Shown piece by piece: positions 63,764-64,000 of a stretch of DNA of 64,000 bases. Location: positions 7,710 to 71,709 of the IMG/VR virus record IMGVR_UViG_2648501420_000006; one strand, written 5' to 3'. This stretch comes from a virus. Lineage: Duplodnaviria > Caudoviricetes. Under the pieces are notes generated by a model that searched no databases, was not told where the DNA came from, and was given only the letters and a program-made list of their open reading frames with translations. The position numbers were made by a program, and so were the translations under genes. Every line of letters starts with the position of its first letter. Position 1 is the stretch's first letter.

Positions 63764-64000
63764 TTAGTGCGCTTGACGCAGAAATTGTTGCATGGCAACG
63801 TAATCGGTTGCTTCATCAACGGCTTTTCTTCCAGCTAATTTGATTGCAGTGGTCTTATTCATTAATTCTCGTTCACGGGAATCGTATTCTTCTGTGTTAA
63901 GCCATTTTTCAGCCTCTTCTTTAGTATCAAATACGTATACGTTGTGATTCCATCCACTAAATTCACGCTTGCTGCTAACTCCATATATTTTTCTTGACAT
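63764..64000 (-). CDS. Small hypothetical protein
   Basis: 78-aa ORF co-oriented with the HTH gene; start at window edge. Confidence 0.6.
   Translation of the reverse strand: MSRKIYGVSSKREFSGWNHNVYVFDTKEEAEKWLNTEEYDSRERELMNKTTAIKLAGRKAVDEATDYVAMQQFLRQAH

Larger units (their letters stand above)
30689..64000 (+). mobile_element. Prophage 2 (siphovirus-type; right att outside window)
   Basis: int, immunity, replication, packaging, head, tail, lysis in canonical order. Confidence 0.92.

Overview
Two head-to-tail siphovirus-type (HK97-fold capsid, HNH/cos-type packaging) prophages of a low-GC Gram-positive (Bacillota) host fill the window. Prophage 1 (<1 to ~30.7 kb) runs helicase, primase, RusA, PcfK/PcfJ, late activator, then an unusually placed lysis and receptor-binding block (6.8-13.6 kb), followed by packaging, head, tail and a small accessory region. 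Prophage 2 (~30.7 kb to >64 kb) runs integrase, a complex double immunity region, a Xer-like recombinase, replication, packaging, head, tail, fibres, lysis and a leftward accessory operon. The junction is an 18-bp copy of a tmRNA-type 3' end (30689-30706) flanked by integrase arm-like repeats, which points to tandem integration at ssrA. More than 35 single-base frameshifts, many in homopolymers, split otherwise complete genes. These look like long-read consensus errors, so split ORFs are merged here. No RT/DGR, CRISPR array or intact tRNA was seen. The most notable observations are: two paralogous candidate antisense sRNA genes plus an integrase antisense RNA; two complete repressor/operator switches with four different repressor HTH domains; the relocated lysis/fibre module; a fibre module shared by the two otherwise unrelated phages; and a palindrome shared by the res-like and cos-like sites. 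All family assignments come from motif recognition by eye, not from database searches.
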